DNA of 63,285 bases, filler included, from Octopus bimaculoides (taxonomy: Eukaryota): NCBI RefSeq assembly GCF_001194135.2. It is 6 parts of 6 records of this genome, joined end to end, with 100 filler letters (N's around TTAATTAATTAA, not from the genome) between each part and the next. Parts side by side here need not be neighbours in the genome. Positions count along the whole stretch, not along the records: positions 1 to 28,209 come from NC_068981.1; positions 28,310 to 36,214 come from NC_068990.1; positions 36,315 to 46,556 come from NC_068987.1; 3 more parts are not named here. One strand, given 5' to 3'. The translations under genes and the position numbers were made by a program. Position 1 is the stretch's first letter; each line of letters starts with the position of its first letter. A model generated the notes under the pieces. It was not told the origin of the DNA, searched no databases, and was given only the letters and a program-made list of their open reading frames with translations. Positions 24,147-36,687 of the stretch are shown in pieces.

Positions 24147-27100
24147 TAACTAAAGTAGCAACGCAGCATGTTAATAAATAATTTGTATAATTAAGCCTCG
24201 CTGAGAAGACAGAAACTTCGAGTAATCCACAGAAGCCATAGAGTCTCTACTGAGAGACAAATAGACAACACTAGCTGGTTCGATTCTCGTTTCTTAGCTG
24301 CCAGTGTATATCGCTGAAAGTTACACACAGATATACACATCAGTGATAAAAACCGATAGAAGCAATGCATTGGAACGAACATACCACATGATATTTATTC
24401 CGACCGAGTTACGTAGATACTTTCTTGTCATTCTCCCCACTGGAAATGCAGTGGAGCAGTGACTGGTCTATGATCAATGAAGATATCGATGACAAAAATA
24501 CATGGTATAAAAAAAAAATGAATAAAACGCTGAGCCATAATGATTAATGTTATACTTCTCAGCGTATATATTTTAACAAAGTAAAAAGCGTACTTCTGAT
24601 TCTTGTTTAACCCCAGGTAAACATTGACCGATCAAACATATAACCAAAAGTGATCCACCCATTTTAAGGAGATTTAGAACTACATTATGCGATGTGTCCT
24701 TCTTTTAAAATACAACGGTTTCATTTGTGGAAGAGTTGGCAGTTATTTCTAGCAGTTGGAACGATCATGTGATGGCACGTCCACTGACTTAACGTGAGGT
24801 TTTATGAAGGAGAATAGCTTATGATGACCGACCTGGATTAGAACATTGTTATCTTCGTAGACACCGGGTAACGACTCGTTAACTGTCATCACCTGTATTA
24901 GCACTTTTATAGTTATACACGTGGAAATAAAAAAAACACATAAATGTGTTTGTCAATTCGTGTGGAATTTTAGTGAAATGAAAACACATTTTAAACCAAT
25001 AACCCAGTGCATTCTAGCAAACTGCTTTGCAATATATACTCTACCCAAGTTTCACAGGTACTCCCTTGTTACTCTCCCCATCGGAAATATAACGTGTCTT
25101 TGACTCGTTGGAAACCTATAACGAAGGAAGCTGTTAAGTTTCGAATTCTAGCAAATTGTGCATCTGGTAGGAAAAAACTGTCGGAAAATTCAACGCGTGT
25201 TGGTTGGCCTAAAGATGCAAATAAAAACAATGGTTCGAGATAAAGGATATGTATTAGAGTGATATCAATACTGAAGCACCATCTAGGAAATATGATATTG
25301 TGTCTGATTGTGTCCGATAACATTGGTCAACAAGTATTTTTCATTAAGCATGTATTAAGGTGTACTTAGTGTAGTTGTTAATGCTGATTTCAAATATACA
25401 ATTAGTTTTTTGACATTATGTACAGTTTTCAAGTTGAGAAAGTTTTTTGGTTTTAGCTCATGCATTATATAGAAATTCCAATTTATGACGTATGCATGTA
25501 TTTCATTTACAAGATGGAAACATATCTTTAAAATAAACTACATTATTCATTGCTGAATAGTTCAGCTGCAATATTTCATCATCTTAAATTAACCATTCAA
25601 GTTTTGTCTGATGAAATAGGTATTTTGTCTAATGAAATAGGTATGCTCAAATGGCTTACGTGACTGGTTCAATAAGAAGTCTTTTTGCCATTCTAATGAT
25701 ATGGAGAGAGCTGAAAGACCATTTTAATGACTTATTCAAATTGTCCGGTCACAAGTGGTTCTTAGCTGCAATATTTTAAATAAACGTTTTCTTGTTATAT
25801 ACTTTACCAGATGTAATAAGTTGTCCTGAACTTTTCCAAGTGTAATAACTTGTCCTGTAATTTTCCAACCTTACGAATATTATTTCTCTTGCTCACATTG
25901 TCTTCGTAATCCATGTGTTTTTCCAGGCAATGCTATTATGCTAATTAATGATGTCTCAAATGTGTCAATTAGCGGTGTCGTTGATAATTTTCCCTTACCT
26001 CAATGACGCCGGTGACATATACTAAAAATCCCCTTTTAAAACTATATTCATAAAAAAGTATAGAACTGTATTATCACCCTCAAATTTGAGAAACAAACAC
26101 TCATAACTTTTTCTTTTAAAACTTCATTGTATGAGATTGATATCATGAAATTCATCGAATTGAGCTCTATCATATAAGCGTAATTAAAATATGATTTGCT
26201 TTTAAAGTAAAAAAAGTTAATTATACCTAAATCCAATTTTTGCCTTACTTATATTTTTTGCATATTTTACCTCACAACTTTTTTAATACAAATTTTTGTT
26301 ACATGGAAACAAACGTAAGAAATTCTTCACGCTTTCTTCTATCACTGAAGTTAAGATAAATATGTTTTGATTTTAAAATTTATTTTGATCTATACTTGAT
26401 TGGTGGCGTTACTTACTCTTCTATAACGTTGCTACAAATGTTGATGTAAACTTTTTTGTACTGGATCAAATCTAAATTTTTTAATGCCAAAATGTAGCTA
26501 GGGACCAGTCCTCTTCAAAAATGTTAACAGTCTTCCAATTTGGTTAAGAACTAAGTTAGCAACAAGCTCTGAAAGATGCTGCGTGTGAGTAAATTGCGGC
26601 CTTAAGAATATTATTCAATTACTACTTTCGTTGAATGATATATAAATATATATCACAGACAAGTGAACAAACCAGTGGACTTCTTACATGTTTAGGCGAC
26701 AGAAAGCGTGATTCTTGTTTTCTGACAAGGGACAGTTGTGGACATGCTGAGGTCTATTTCATCGCTTCCAGCTCAATAAAATAAAATATCGATCAGTGTT
26801 AACTAACCTCCTCGCCTCAAAATTGATGGCCTTGTGCTAAAATTTGAAACCATTAAAGACTTTCATGATATTGAGATAAACAAAGGATTAAGATTTGTAA
26901 AAAAATCAAGATTTAGATGCACATAGTTTTCCTAGTGATGGTAGCTATTACAAGGAAAATAATTTCTTCATAATATGAGGCGGGATTAGAAATATGAATT
27001 AGAACTTAATAAATTACGAGGAGAAAGATGCACAGAATTCCCATATTTAGGATTTAGAATTCACAAGCTTTGAAGGGTTGGAATCTAAGTAGCAGAGAAG

Positions 27101-27164
27101 ACAACTAAGCCAGAAAATGGAGAATTATAACAGAAAAGCCTTGAGTTTGCAGCAAATATATGCG

Positions 27165-27388
27165 CCACTGGCACTCCGACGAGGGTTCCGGTTGATCCGA
27201 TCAACAGAACAGCCTGCTTGTGAAATTAACGTGCAAGTGGCTGAGCACTCTACATATACGTATACCCTTGACTCGAGCAACGTGAATTAAAGTGTCTTGT
27301 TCAAGGACACAACGCGTTGCCGGGAATTGAACTCACAATCTTTCGATAGTGAGCCGAATGCCCTAACCACTAAGCCACGCGCCTTCAC
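27165..27388 (-). mobile_element. SINE with a distinct tRNA/CORE-like head joined to the SINE-C 3' tail
   Basis: Minus strand: gtgaaggcgcgtggcttagtggttaggg...gagttcaattccc...gtgtccttgaacaagacacttt, then aagggtatacg...agagtgctcagccacttgcacg..., as in the tail of the 31752 copy. Confidence 0.8.
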
Positions 27389-27887
27389 TATATTTGCATC
27401 CCCTTTCTGCTATTAACATTTCCAAAAAGTGTAGCTTCACAAGTGAAAACAAATCAACTGTATGGTAGTCTAAGAATTATAATATTGGCTGTGGGACTCC
27501 CATACGTTGAGGTCGATGAGAGAATCCTTAATAAGTATTGGTTTCTTATATTGGCACAAAATCTTAAATTTGAGAGAAACGAACAATTGCTTATGCTGCT
27601 CAGACTGCTTAACTTGCATTTAATTTTATCGACCCCGGAAGGTAAAGTTGAAACAGTTTTAGTTTGAATTCAGAACGTTAAAACAATCTGAACAAATATC
27701 GCAAGGCGCTAGCGCTTCAACCAATTCATTGCTCTAATAATAAAACAAATAGAATGCATAATTCTTCGTCTTTCTGTATTCTCCTTCCTCTGATTACTAG
27801 ACCCTCTCCTATTAACTCATCTCTTGTACTCTCACACACTCATGTGCACTCATATTTTTGTATGAGTGTGTGCATCTGTATGATAAA

Positions 27888-28135
27888 TTTAGCGTGACAC
27901 AGTGTGACAAGGCTGACCCTTTGAATTACAGGCACAACAGAAACAGGAAGTAAGTGTGAGAGAAAGTTGTGGTGAAAGAGTACAGCAGGGTTCGCAACCA
28001 TCCCCTGCTGGAGACTCGTGGAGCTTTAGGTGTTTTCGCTCAATAAACACTCACAACGCACGGTCTGGGAATCGAAACCGCGATCCTATGACCGCGAGTC
28101 CGCTGCCCTAACCACTGGGCCATTGCGCCTCCACA
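27888..28135 (-). mobile_element. SINE-C, 3'-truncated
   Basis: Reverse complement of the 5' two-thirds of the 31752 copy; A-box tggcccagtgg, B-box ggtttcgattccc. Confidence 0.85.
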
Positions 28136-28209
28136 CGCGTATATTCATAAAAAGATATTAAACGAAGGCGTTTCTCTTTCACTTTTTACATATTTTTTAC
28201 ACATATTTT

Positions 28210-28309
28210 NNNNNNNNNNNNNNNNNNNNNNNNNNNNNNNNNNNNNNNNNNNNTTAATTAATTAANNNNNNNNNNNNNNNNNNNNNNNNNNNNNNNNNNN
28301 NNNNNNNNN
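28210..28309. other. 100-bp scaffold gap with central TTAATTAATTAA linker
   Basis: 44 N + TTAATTAATTAA (28254-28265) + 44 N. Confidence 0.95.
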
Positions 28310-28374
<65 letters not shown>

Positions 28375-28869
28375 TGTACATATATATATGTATATATTTA
28401 CACAGCCGTACACACCTTTGTGTACGCCTATATACATATATGTATATATATGTGTAAGTGGAACTAGAGCGCTTCTGAGTGTATGCATGTGCACACGCGT
28501 ATGCATTTAAATGTATGTACATATTTATGCATTTATGAGTAACTACAGACATTGTGAGTTCATATGCAGGTGCGTACAACCACACCTTGTGTGCATGCAT
28601 GCATGTGTGTGTTTAACTACAGATGTGTGTTTATAGATGTTAGAATGTATAACGACAGGCTTTGCAGGAATAGATTGAAGCCAATTCCGAGCCATCTGTT
28701 TTACCTATAAATATTGTAAACATGTTTAATAATAAAAACTCCAGACTAGATTCTTCACTTCACACTTCAGGTGGATTGGAAGAGTCGCTAGGGAATTAGT
28801 TTACACACCTGGCAGACGTTGAATGATGATTATGATGACCTGTAGAGTTGTTGTTGTTGTTGTTATATA

Positions 28870-29035
28870 GCCCCAGGTCAGTACTGACTGAGCAGATCTA
28901 AGACCAAAAACCTTCAGTCTTGACTTTCCAATCTATTTCCTATATGCAGGTAAGCCAGGAGCAGGGTTAAGATTTGATGGAGATTTGGCAGCTATTTCTA
29001 GCAGATCAAACAATGGCACAGTGACTCTCTCATTT
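28870..29035. repeat. Repeat family E copy
   Basis: agccccaggtcag...gagcagatctaagaccaaaa...gatttgatggagatttggcagctatttctagcag. Confidence 0.55.
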
Positions 29036-29981
29036 GCATAAACCTATGTCTTTTTAAAAAATTTTTTTTTTTGCAGTGCCTTTATATTCTTTGGCTCAAA
29101 TTACACCAAAAGGTCAGTTTTGCCATTCATCCATTCAGCATAAAACAATACAAATGAAGGCTGATGAAGGGGCAGAGATGGGAAAGAGTAGGGGACATAC
29201 CTATGGGGTGTTTTAGGTTGTGCATTTCAAAATATGATGTGGTTGAGTTCACCCTTCATCCTTTCAGGGTCAACAAAATAAATACCAGTTATATACTGAT
29301 GTTTATAAAATAGACTTTTGCCCCACAAACCAATCAACCGTACATTTCCCACCCCCACCAAATCGACATTTTTATTCTTGTTTTTTTGGTGAGGGCCTCA
29401 TCAGGGGTAAGAGCAATGCCCATGACACTTTTCAAAGCCGCAAAGAAAAGTGAGGTGGGAGGGAGGTTGGAATATACCCTCAAACCAGAGACCTGCCCCC
29501 TGAATGCTTACAATAGAGCGAATCCACTAAAGGCAATTAAGGACCAGTTAGGACCAAGCTGACCCCTGAAATTTAATTTGAGAATTAAGAGGAGGAAGCC
29601 TATCAAATATACTCTTCAATAGAACAGCTGGTTCTAAGTATTTTACTGATAATAAGAAGCCATAGAATTTGTGCTGTGGGGTTAAATATGGTCGTTCTGT
29701 TTGCCAAGGGCAATATGCAAAACAAGCACAACGAGAAGGGTTTATTTAGGAAACACAACCTCCAAAAATTAACTCCAGTACAACACCAGAACTTTACCCT
29801 ACAGGTTACAGGGCCTACATGCTGACTCATCACATTCTATTTTCATTCTTTTACTTGTTTCAGTCACTGGACTGCAGCCATGCTGGAGTACTTGAAGGAC
29901 TTCAGTTGAACAAATCAACCCCACAACTTATTTTCAAGTTTGACACTTATTCTCTTAGCTACACAGCCATGATTGCATCTA

Positions 29982-30016
<35 letters not shown>

Positions 30017-30369
30017 GCTAATTTTATTAAAACTATTACCATATTTGATGACATAAAAAACACAGGGGCAATTTTAGCAGTGCATATTCACAAAAAAAAA
30101 AAAAGTAGGTGTGTGTGTGCATGCAAACATGAATTAATGCTTACAGGAGTTCCAACTTTGCAAAGAGGGCCTCAAATGACATTTTTGAATTTTTTTTTTA
30201 AAATAAGGGTGCCTTATATGCCATCACTTACTGTAATTGAAATTCTATACCAATTAATGGCTGCATCGTTAAATGTTTCTATGATTTATACTATACACTT
30301 TGAATTTTTAAAACATCTTAGTACAATGGTCCCTCGCCATATCATGATTCATCTATCTCCGAGAGTGTA

Positions 30370-30603
30370 ATGGGTGCTTTTATGTGTCACTGGCACAGGG
30401 GCCATTTGCGTGACATCGGTATCTGCCACGACTGCGATTTTGCTCAGCTTGATGGGTCTTCTTCTCTAACACAACATAAAGCCAAAGGTCTCGGTCATTG
30501 CTTCCGTGAGGCCCAACACTCAAAAGGAACTCAGCCACTTTGCCTCTGTGAGGCCCAACGCCTGAAAAGAACTCAGCCACTTTGCTTCCCGGAGGCCCAA
30601 ATG
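30370..30603 (-). mobile_element. RTE-type LINE ORF C-terminus/3'UTR fragment with 42-bp tandem units
   Basis: Minus strand encodes ...GLTEAMT-RDLWLYVVLEKKT..., homologous to the 35013 copy; ctcagccactttgc...gaggcccaa unit x2.4. Confidence 0.65.
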
Positions 30604-30868
30604 AAATAAATTATTCCCATTCATCTCATTCTTCAACAATTCCATGCTTCTCAAAATTCACCAACAGACTCCAGACGTGCTTTTGTATACTTTCCATCTT
30701 ATGGATGTTTTACATGTACTTTACGTATTTTTAATGTCTGTCTGTCTTTATTTGACTTTTTTTTATTACCATTTTCTAGCTTCTCTTTTAGTCTTTCTTG
30801 ATGAGCTGCAGTGCACCTGATCACCATAGACAATAAATTGTTTACTATTATTTTTTCTATTATCATCA

Positions 30869-30899
<31 letters not shown>

Positions 30900-31185
30900 A
30901 CACACCATATTCTCCAGTTCTCACAGTGTTTTTATTGTCTTATTTTCATAATTCCTTCACACAAAAAAAAAAAATTCAATTATTAATTCTCGTTATTACC
31001 TGACTATTATTACGTTTCGTTTTGCCATGGTATTGGTGCTATTTTCTTTATTATCTTTTCAACCATTCCAATTAACCTTTTTATGATTTTTCACCTCTCA
31101 CTTTCTCATCCACCTTAATCTTCTTATTTCCTATTTACTTTTCTTTACACACATATTTAGTGTGTGTGTGTGTGCATGTGCACAT

Positions 31186-31218
<33 letters not shown>

Positions 31219-31751
31219 TGATACTGGAGTGTCTTCACAGTATTACAGATTACCAGGCAAAGCAATGCATAGGGGCCTCTACATACACAACCACAGCATA
31301 CAAAGGTTAGCTGTAGGGCCCGTAAACCCATTCCCCCCCACACACACACCATTCCAGACAACTGTCCAGTATGCCAATCTTTAAGATGTATGTATAAAGT
31401 ACTATGTATATGTCTATGTAATATTTTCTATGTACATATGCATACACACACACACATACAAATATTGAGCACAGCTACATGACTGAAACACAAACACAAA
31501 CACACACACACACACACACACATATATATGCATGGAGGATTTGAAAAATTATAATATATAAGGATGAGACACGTGTTATTTGGTCTCTAACTTATATGTT
31601 AATGTTTTGGCGAATCCGCAGAAGATGCTACATCGCAGAACTGAACCTACAACCATATGTTTGGGAAGCAGACTTCTTTAACTACACAGCCATACCATCA
31701 CATTGTAATGTAATATCTCTACAATATTTTAGTCACTGTTATTATTATTAT

Positions 31752-32135
31752 TGTGGAGGTGCAATGGCTCAGTGGTTAGGGCAACAGGCTCGCAGTCATA
31801 GGATAGCGGTTTCGTTTCCCAGACCGGGCGTTGTGAGTGTTTATTGAGCGAAAACACCTAAAGCTCCACGAGGCTCCGGCAGGGGATGGTGGTGAACCCT
31901 GCTGTACTCTTTCACCACAACTTTCTCTCACTCTTTCTTCCTGTTTCTGCTGTACCAGTAATTCAAAGGGGCCAGCCTTGTCACATTCTGTGTCATGCTG
32001 AATCTCCCTAAGAACTACATTAAGGGTACACGTCTGTGGAGTGCTCAGCCACTTGCACGTTAATTTCACAAGCAGGCTGTTCCATTGATCGGATCAACTG
32101 GAACCCTCGTCGTCGTAACCAACAGAGTACCACAA
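31752..32135 (+). mobile_element. SINE-C, full length
   Basis: tRNA-like head ggtgcaatggctcagtggttaggg...ggtttcgtttccc, body, and tail ...gaaccctcgtcgtcgtaacc. Confidence 0.85.
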
Positions 32136-32691
32136 TACTATCATTATTATTACTATTATAATTCCTTTCAATATATCCTGTTTTAATCCTCTAAATAAAA
32201 CCGAGTGACTCTATTCTTTTACCTCTAACAATCCTGTTTGGCTTAAAAATAGTTTTATTGGCGCCTTCATATCAATCAGTACCTTCTCTTCTCTTTTACC
32301 CAGATCTTTGCTGCTTTTTAATGTTATATATTTTTATGTTGTTACTAAATTTAAGAAACCTTTCATCTACCTTTCTTTTTAGCACTTTTAGCATTTAAAT
32401 ACAGAAATTACTACTTTTATTCAATCCCACAACACTTCCTCCCACCCCCCACTCACCTCAGATTTTGTTTATTTCTTCTGCTTTATTAATTACTCTTTAG
32501 TTTCTTACCTTTTTCATTTGTTATTCATTTTTAATCTCACAGTTTATTTTTTATCCATGGTTTCTTACTCCCATAGTTAAATATCCCATTTATATCCGGT
32601 TCATTATTTAAAAACTTTCAGCATTTATTCCTCTCCTTTCTGAATGGATTATGCTTTGCAATCTTCTTCTTCTTATTATTATTCTTCAAGC

Positions 32692-32916
32692 GAAGGCTGT
32701 GAGCTGGCAGAGCTGTTAGCACGTCAGGCAAAATGCTTAGCAGCATTTCATCTGTCTTCATGTTCTGAGTTCAAATTCCACCAAAGTTAAACTTTGCTTT
32801 CCATCCTTTCGGGGTCGATAAATCAAGTACCAGCAAAACATTGGGATCGATGTAATTGTCTAGTCCCCCTCCCCCAAAATGGTTGCCCTCATTGACAAAA
32901 TTTGAAGCCATTATTA
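32692..32916 (+). mobile_element. SINE-B (tail c)
   Basis: gaaggctgtgagctggcagag...gagttcaaattcc...catcctttcggggtcgataa...aaaatttgaagccattatt. Confidence 0.85.
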
Positions 32917-33817
32917 TTTTTCAAATGCGCCTCTAGATCAAGGGTGGATGAAATGGAGAGGGCACTTGCCCTTGAGGTCATGACAATTGTGGTTTTGTGG
33001 GGTCTCCATGAGCAGTGCTTGAAAGTCTCTCTCTTTTGGGGATTTTATTATCATTTTGGCTTTTCACATTCTGAGTTCAGATCCTGTTGTCCCAGCTTCA
33101 CTTAACACCCCTCTGTGCTTCATGAAATAACTTACCAGTCAAATACTGAGGTCGATGTAACTGACACGCCCTGCCCCTCAAAACTGCAGGCCTTATGTTG
33201 GAATCAAAAAAGAAATCACCACCATCATCATGATCATCTGCATCAGTATTTAACTATTTTTATTTTTCTCCAATTCCTTTAACTTCATTCATCTTTTCCT
33301 TCTTGTCTACATAAATTTTACTATTGATTTTTCTCACCCACCCATATACAAACGTGTGTGTGTGTGTTTCCAGTAACCACTTTTTCTACTTCCTAATACG
33401 ACGCTGATTTCCTCTCAGGTATATATATTTAATCTCTCTGCTAATTAGCGTTCTACTTTATTAATGAACCTTTACCTTTTATTTTTGCTTCCTATAATAA
33501 ATCAACTTCCATAGTGGTTATGTAAGCCACATCATTTTGGGGAGAATCATTAGGTGCATCACCCTGTCATTCCCGTTTAACTTCCACGCAATCTTAAATA
33601 TAGTCATCTTACCTTTAGATGTAATATCTCACCTAACGAGACCTTACATCATAATATTTAATCATTTTTTATATATATATACATATATTTTACTTTATTT
33701 TAAATTAAGTAAATTCTGGAGATGTACTTTCATAGCAAGTGACCTGATCTGAGATCATGTGCTGGAACGAAAACAATTGCAGCGTGGAAGGTGTTTATAA
33801 GCCATTTAAAAACACAC

Positions 33818-34013
33818 AAAAACCATTAGATTCACTTCAACATTTAAATCTAATTTGCCAAAATATTTTCGTTGCTTTGAGACCACGACCTATTCACTGA
33901 CAAAATTCAGAGATGCAGCATGAAATTTTGTCAGTGAATAGGTCGTGGTCTCAAAACGATGAAAATTTTTTGGCAAATTAGATTTAAATGTTGAAGTGAA
34001 TCTAACGGTTTTT
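33818..34013. repeat. Long fold-back inverted repeat
   Basis: About 92-bp arms (33818-33909 and 33921-34013), 5 substitutions plus 1 indel, 11-nt spacer. Confidence 0.95.
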
Positions 34014-34029
34014 AAGTAAATTCTAATGG

Positions 34030-34256
34030 CCCTAAACTATCTTGATATCAATCTGCCAGAGACTGCTCCTGGTTTTAAGAGACAAACTTCTTGCTTTAAA
34101 ACAATCCAAGTAACATCTTCTATCAAAACATCACGTTAATTTACGTTTCAAATACCAGATTAATAATAACAGAGTTATTCTTCTAAATTCTTCAAAGTTA
34201 ACTGAGACAAAAGCAGTGTATTTCAATAGAAATTTGGAATCAAAAGGATTAAAAAA
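34030..34256. mobile_element. Degenerate TTAA-type (piggyBac-like) MITE
   Basis: Left taaactatcttgatatcaa vs right rc ttaatccttttgattccaa; the family assignment is from recollection. Confidence 0.35.
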
Positions 34257-35012
34257 ACCTTGATTAGATAACATAACCCTCTTCTCTCTTCACAGCCTCC
34301 CTATCACTTGCCTTTTACATCTCTGCACCCTTTCTCTCTCTCTCTCTCTCTCTCTCTATTTCTCCCATTCATTTTCCTCTAGCTCACTCGCTCTCATCAC
34401 ATCTTCCTCCTCCTCTTCCTTCACATATTTTCCTGTTTCAAAAACTATTTTATTTTAAACCAAAGAACACAGAAAACTCCTTGATATAAAAATAACAAGC
34501 CCCCTAATCTACGCCCTCCACCACCACCACCACCACACACACACATTCTTGACTGTTCCTTTGATTTCATTCCACAGTCAAAATAGTTTAAAGGATCTTC
34601 TGTATACACCATTCTTTTAATACATTTTCAATAATTTTCCAAGCAATCACAGTAGGAAGGCAAACAGAAGTGGACCAGTATTTTTTTTCTCATGGACAAT
34701 TTGTATACAGACCTTTCTAGAGCTTTTTCAGTTTTTGACACAAAGATGACTATATATAACAGAAAACAATTCTCAGGGTAGATATCAAAAGAGTACATAT
34801 TTATCAAAGAAGTTCTCACCTGAAACGACACCTTCACAACTGCTTATGCAGACTTTACACTACTTCATGAATCAAACACTTCACAAAATGTTCAGAGAAC
34901 CATGAAAGCACAGAATTTAAAAAGAAATTATATTTTATGCTTCTCTATGAACTTCCAATAACCTTACTGTATTCAAAATAGCTAAAGTGCTTATGGTTTG
35001 ACGCCAGTGTGT

Positions 35013-35568
35013 ATCATCATCATCGTTTAATGTCCGCTTTCCATGCTAGCATGGGTTGAACGATTTGACTGAGGACTGGTGAAACCGGATGGCAACACCA
35101 GGCTCCAGTCTAATTTGGCAGAGTTTCTACAGCTGGATGCCCTTCCTAACGCCAACCACTCAGAGAGTGTAGCGGGTGCTTTTACGTGTCACCCGCACGA
35201 AAACGGCCACGCTCGAAATGGTGTCTTTTATGTGCCNNNNNNNNNNNNNNNNNNNNNNNNNNNNNNNNNNNNNNNNNNNNNNNNNNNNNNNNNNNNNNNN
35301 NNNNNNNNNNNNNNNNNNNNCCCGCACAAGCCAGTCCAGGGGCACTGGCAACGATCTCGCTCGAAAATCCTACGGGAGCCAGTCAGGCGGTACTGGCAAC
35401 GGCCACGCTCAAAATGGTGCATCTCATGTGCCACCCGCACAAGAACCAGTCCAGGGGCACTGGCAACGATCTTACTTGGCTTGCCGGGTCTTCTCACGCA
35501 CAGCACATTTCCAAAGGTCTCGGTCAGTAGTCATCGCCTCGGTGAGGCCCAATGTACGAAGGTCTTGC

Positions 35569-35569
<1 letters not shown>
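35013..35569 (-). mobile_element. 5'-truncated RTE-type LINE (ORF end + 3'UTR + (GAT)n tail)
   Basis: Minus strand: GLTEAMTTDRDLWKCAVREKTRQAK*, then a UTR with internal repeats and ggttggcgttaggaagggcatccagctgtagaaac, ending ...cattaaacgatgatgat. Confidence 0.75.
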
Positions 35570-35635
<66 letters not shown>

Positions 35636-35817
35636 ATTATTCTGTAGAAGGATAAAAGGCGGAAACTGCAACATCACTGTCAATGTCTTATAAATGTTGA
35701 ATACACATGTAATCTGCTACAAAGTATTGGATGAGTTCTTCAGTTTGATACCAAATTCGTTTTATAGAAAGGGAAGAAGATCCAGAATCAAAACTACCAT
35801 TGTATGAAAGACAAGAA

Positions 35818-36029
35818 TATTCTTTTCTACTCTAGGCACAAGGCCCGAAATTTTGGGGGAGGGGGCCAGTCGATCAGATTGACCCCAGTATGCAATGGGT
35901 ACTTAATTTATCAACTCCGAAAGGGTGAAAGGCAAAGTCGACCTCAGCAGAATTTGAACTCAGAACATAAAGACAGACGAAATACCACTAAGCATTTCAC
36001 CTGGTGTGCTAACGATTCTGCCACCTCAC
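35818..36029 (-). mobile_element. SINE-B (tail b)
   Basis: tcttttctactctaggcacaaggcccgaaattttgggg...gaatttgaactcagaac...gtgctaacgattctgcc. Confidence 0.85.
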
Positions 36030-36064
36030 TGAAGGTTTCAAAGCTGTTGTGTGTGTGTAGTAGT

Positions 36065-36214
36065 AGTAGAAAAATCATGCATGCGACTGGGCGCTTATTC
36101 TCGAATATTTCAGACTTTTAAAGTAGAAAAATCATGCATGCGACTGGGCGCTTATTCTCGAATATTTCAGACTTTTAAAGTAGAAAAATCATGCATGCGA
36201 CTGGGCGCTTATTC
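36065..36214. repeat. Perfect 57-bp tandem repeat x2.6 abutting a linker gap
   Basis: agtagaaaaatcatgcatgcgactgggcgcttattctcgaatatttcagacttttaa at 36065 and 36122, partial at 36179. Confidence 0.95.
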
Positions 36215-36314
36215 NNNNNNNNNNNNNNNNNNNNNNNNNNNNNNNNNNNNNNNNNNNNTTAATTAATTAANNNNNNNNNNNNNNNNNNNNNNNNNNNNNN
36301 NNNNNNNNNNNNNN
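36215..36314. other. 100-bp scaffold gap with TTAATTAATTAA linker
   Basis: 44 N + 12 nt (36259-36270) + 44 N. Confidence 0.95.
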
Positions 36315-36687
36315 AGTGGGTTGGCTGTATCGTAGGGAAAAAAAAGAAGGGCAAAAAAAAAAAGAAAAACAAAACATTAAAAAAAGACAGAAAGATGGCG
36401 ATAGGATTTTGAAACTGCTAAACCCATTAGTTATACATGATTGGTATAGAGTGTTGGCACCACTCGTTCACAATGTCTCTTGCTTATTCCATCCAACAAC
36501 ACATACACATTAACACATAATACAACATAAGCTGTATTCTATCTCACAGAGCCTGAAACATTAGTTGTAGGAAAGTCGCAAAGGTGTGGGGAAAATTAAT
36601 AGATGCTAGTGCCTGCAAACTTGTCACAAAGACTCCATGTTGGTGTTATGTGACAATGCAAATATTAACAATAACACCACATTTATA

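Noticed and set aside
29390-29410. Minus-strand CUGAUGAGGCC as a hammerhead
   Set aside because: No stem II closure or GAAA follows.
31752-31825. tRNA-like sequences at SINE heads
   Set aside because: Pol III promoter heads of SINEs without proper acceptor stems; not tRNA genes.
35079-35693. MKPDGNTRLQSNLAEFLQLDALPNANHSES ORF, seen three times (35079, 37553, 42253)
   Set aside because: Antisense of the RTE 3'UTR; not a gene family.
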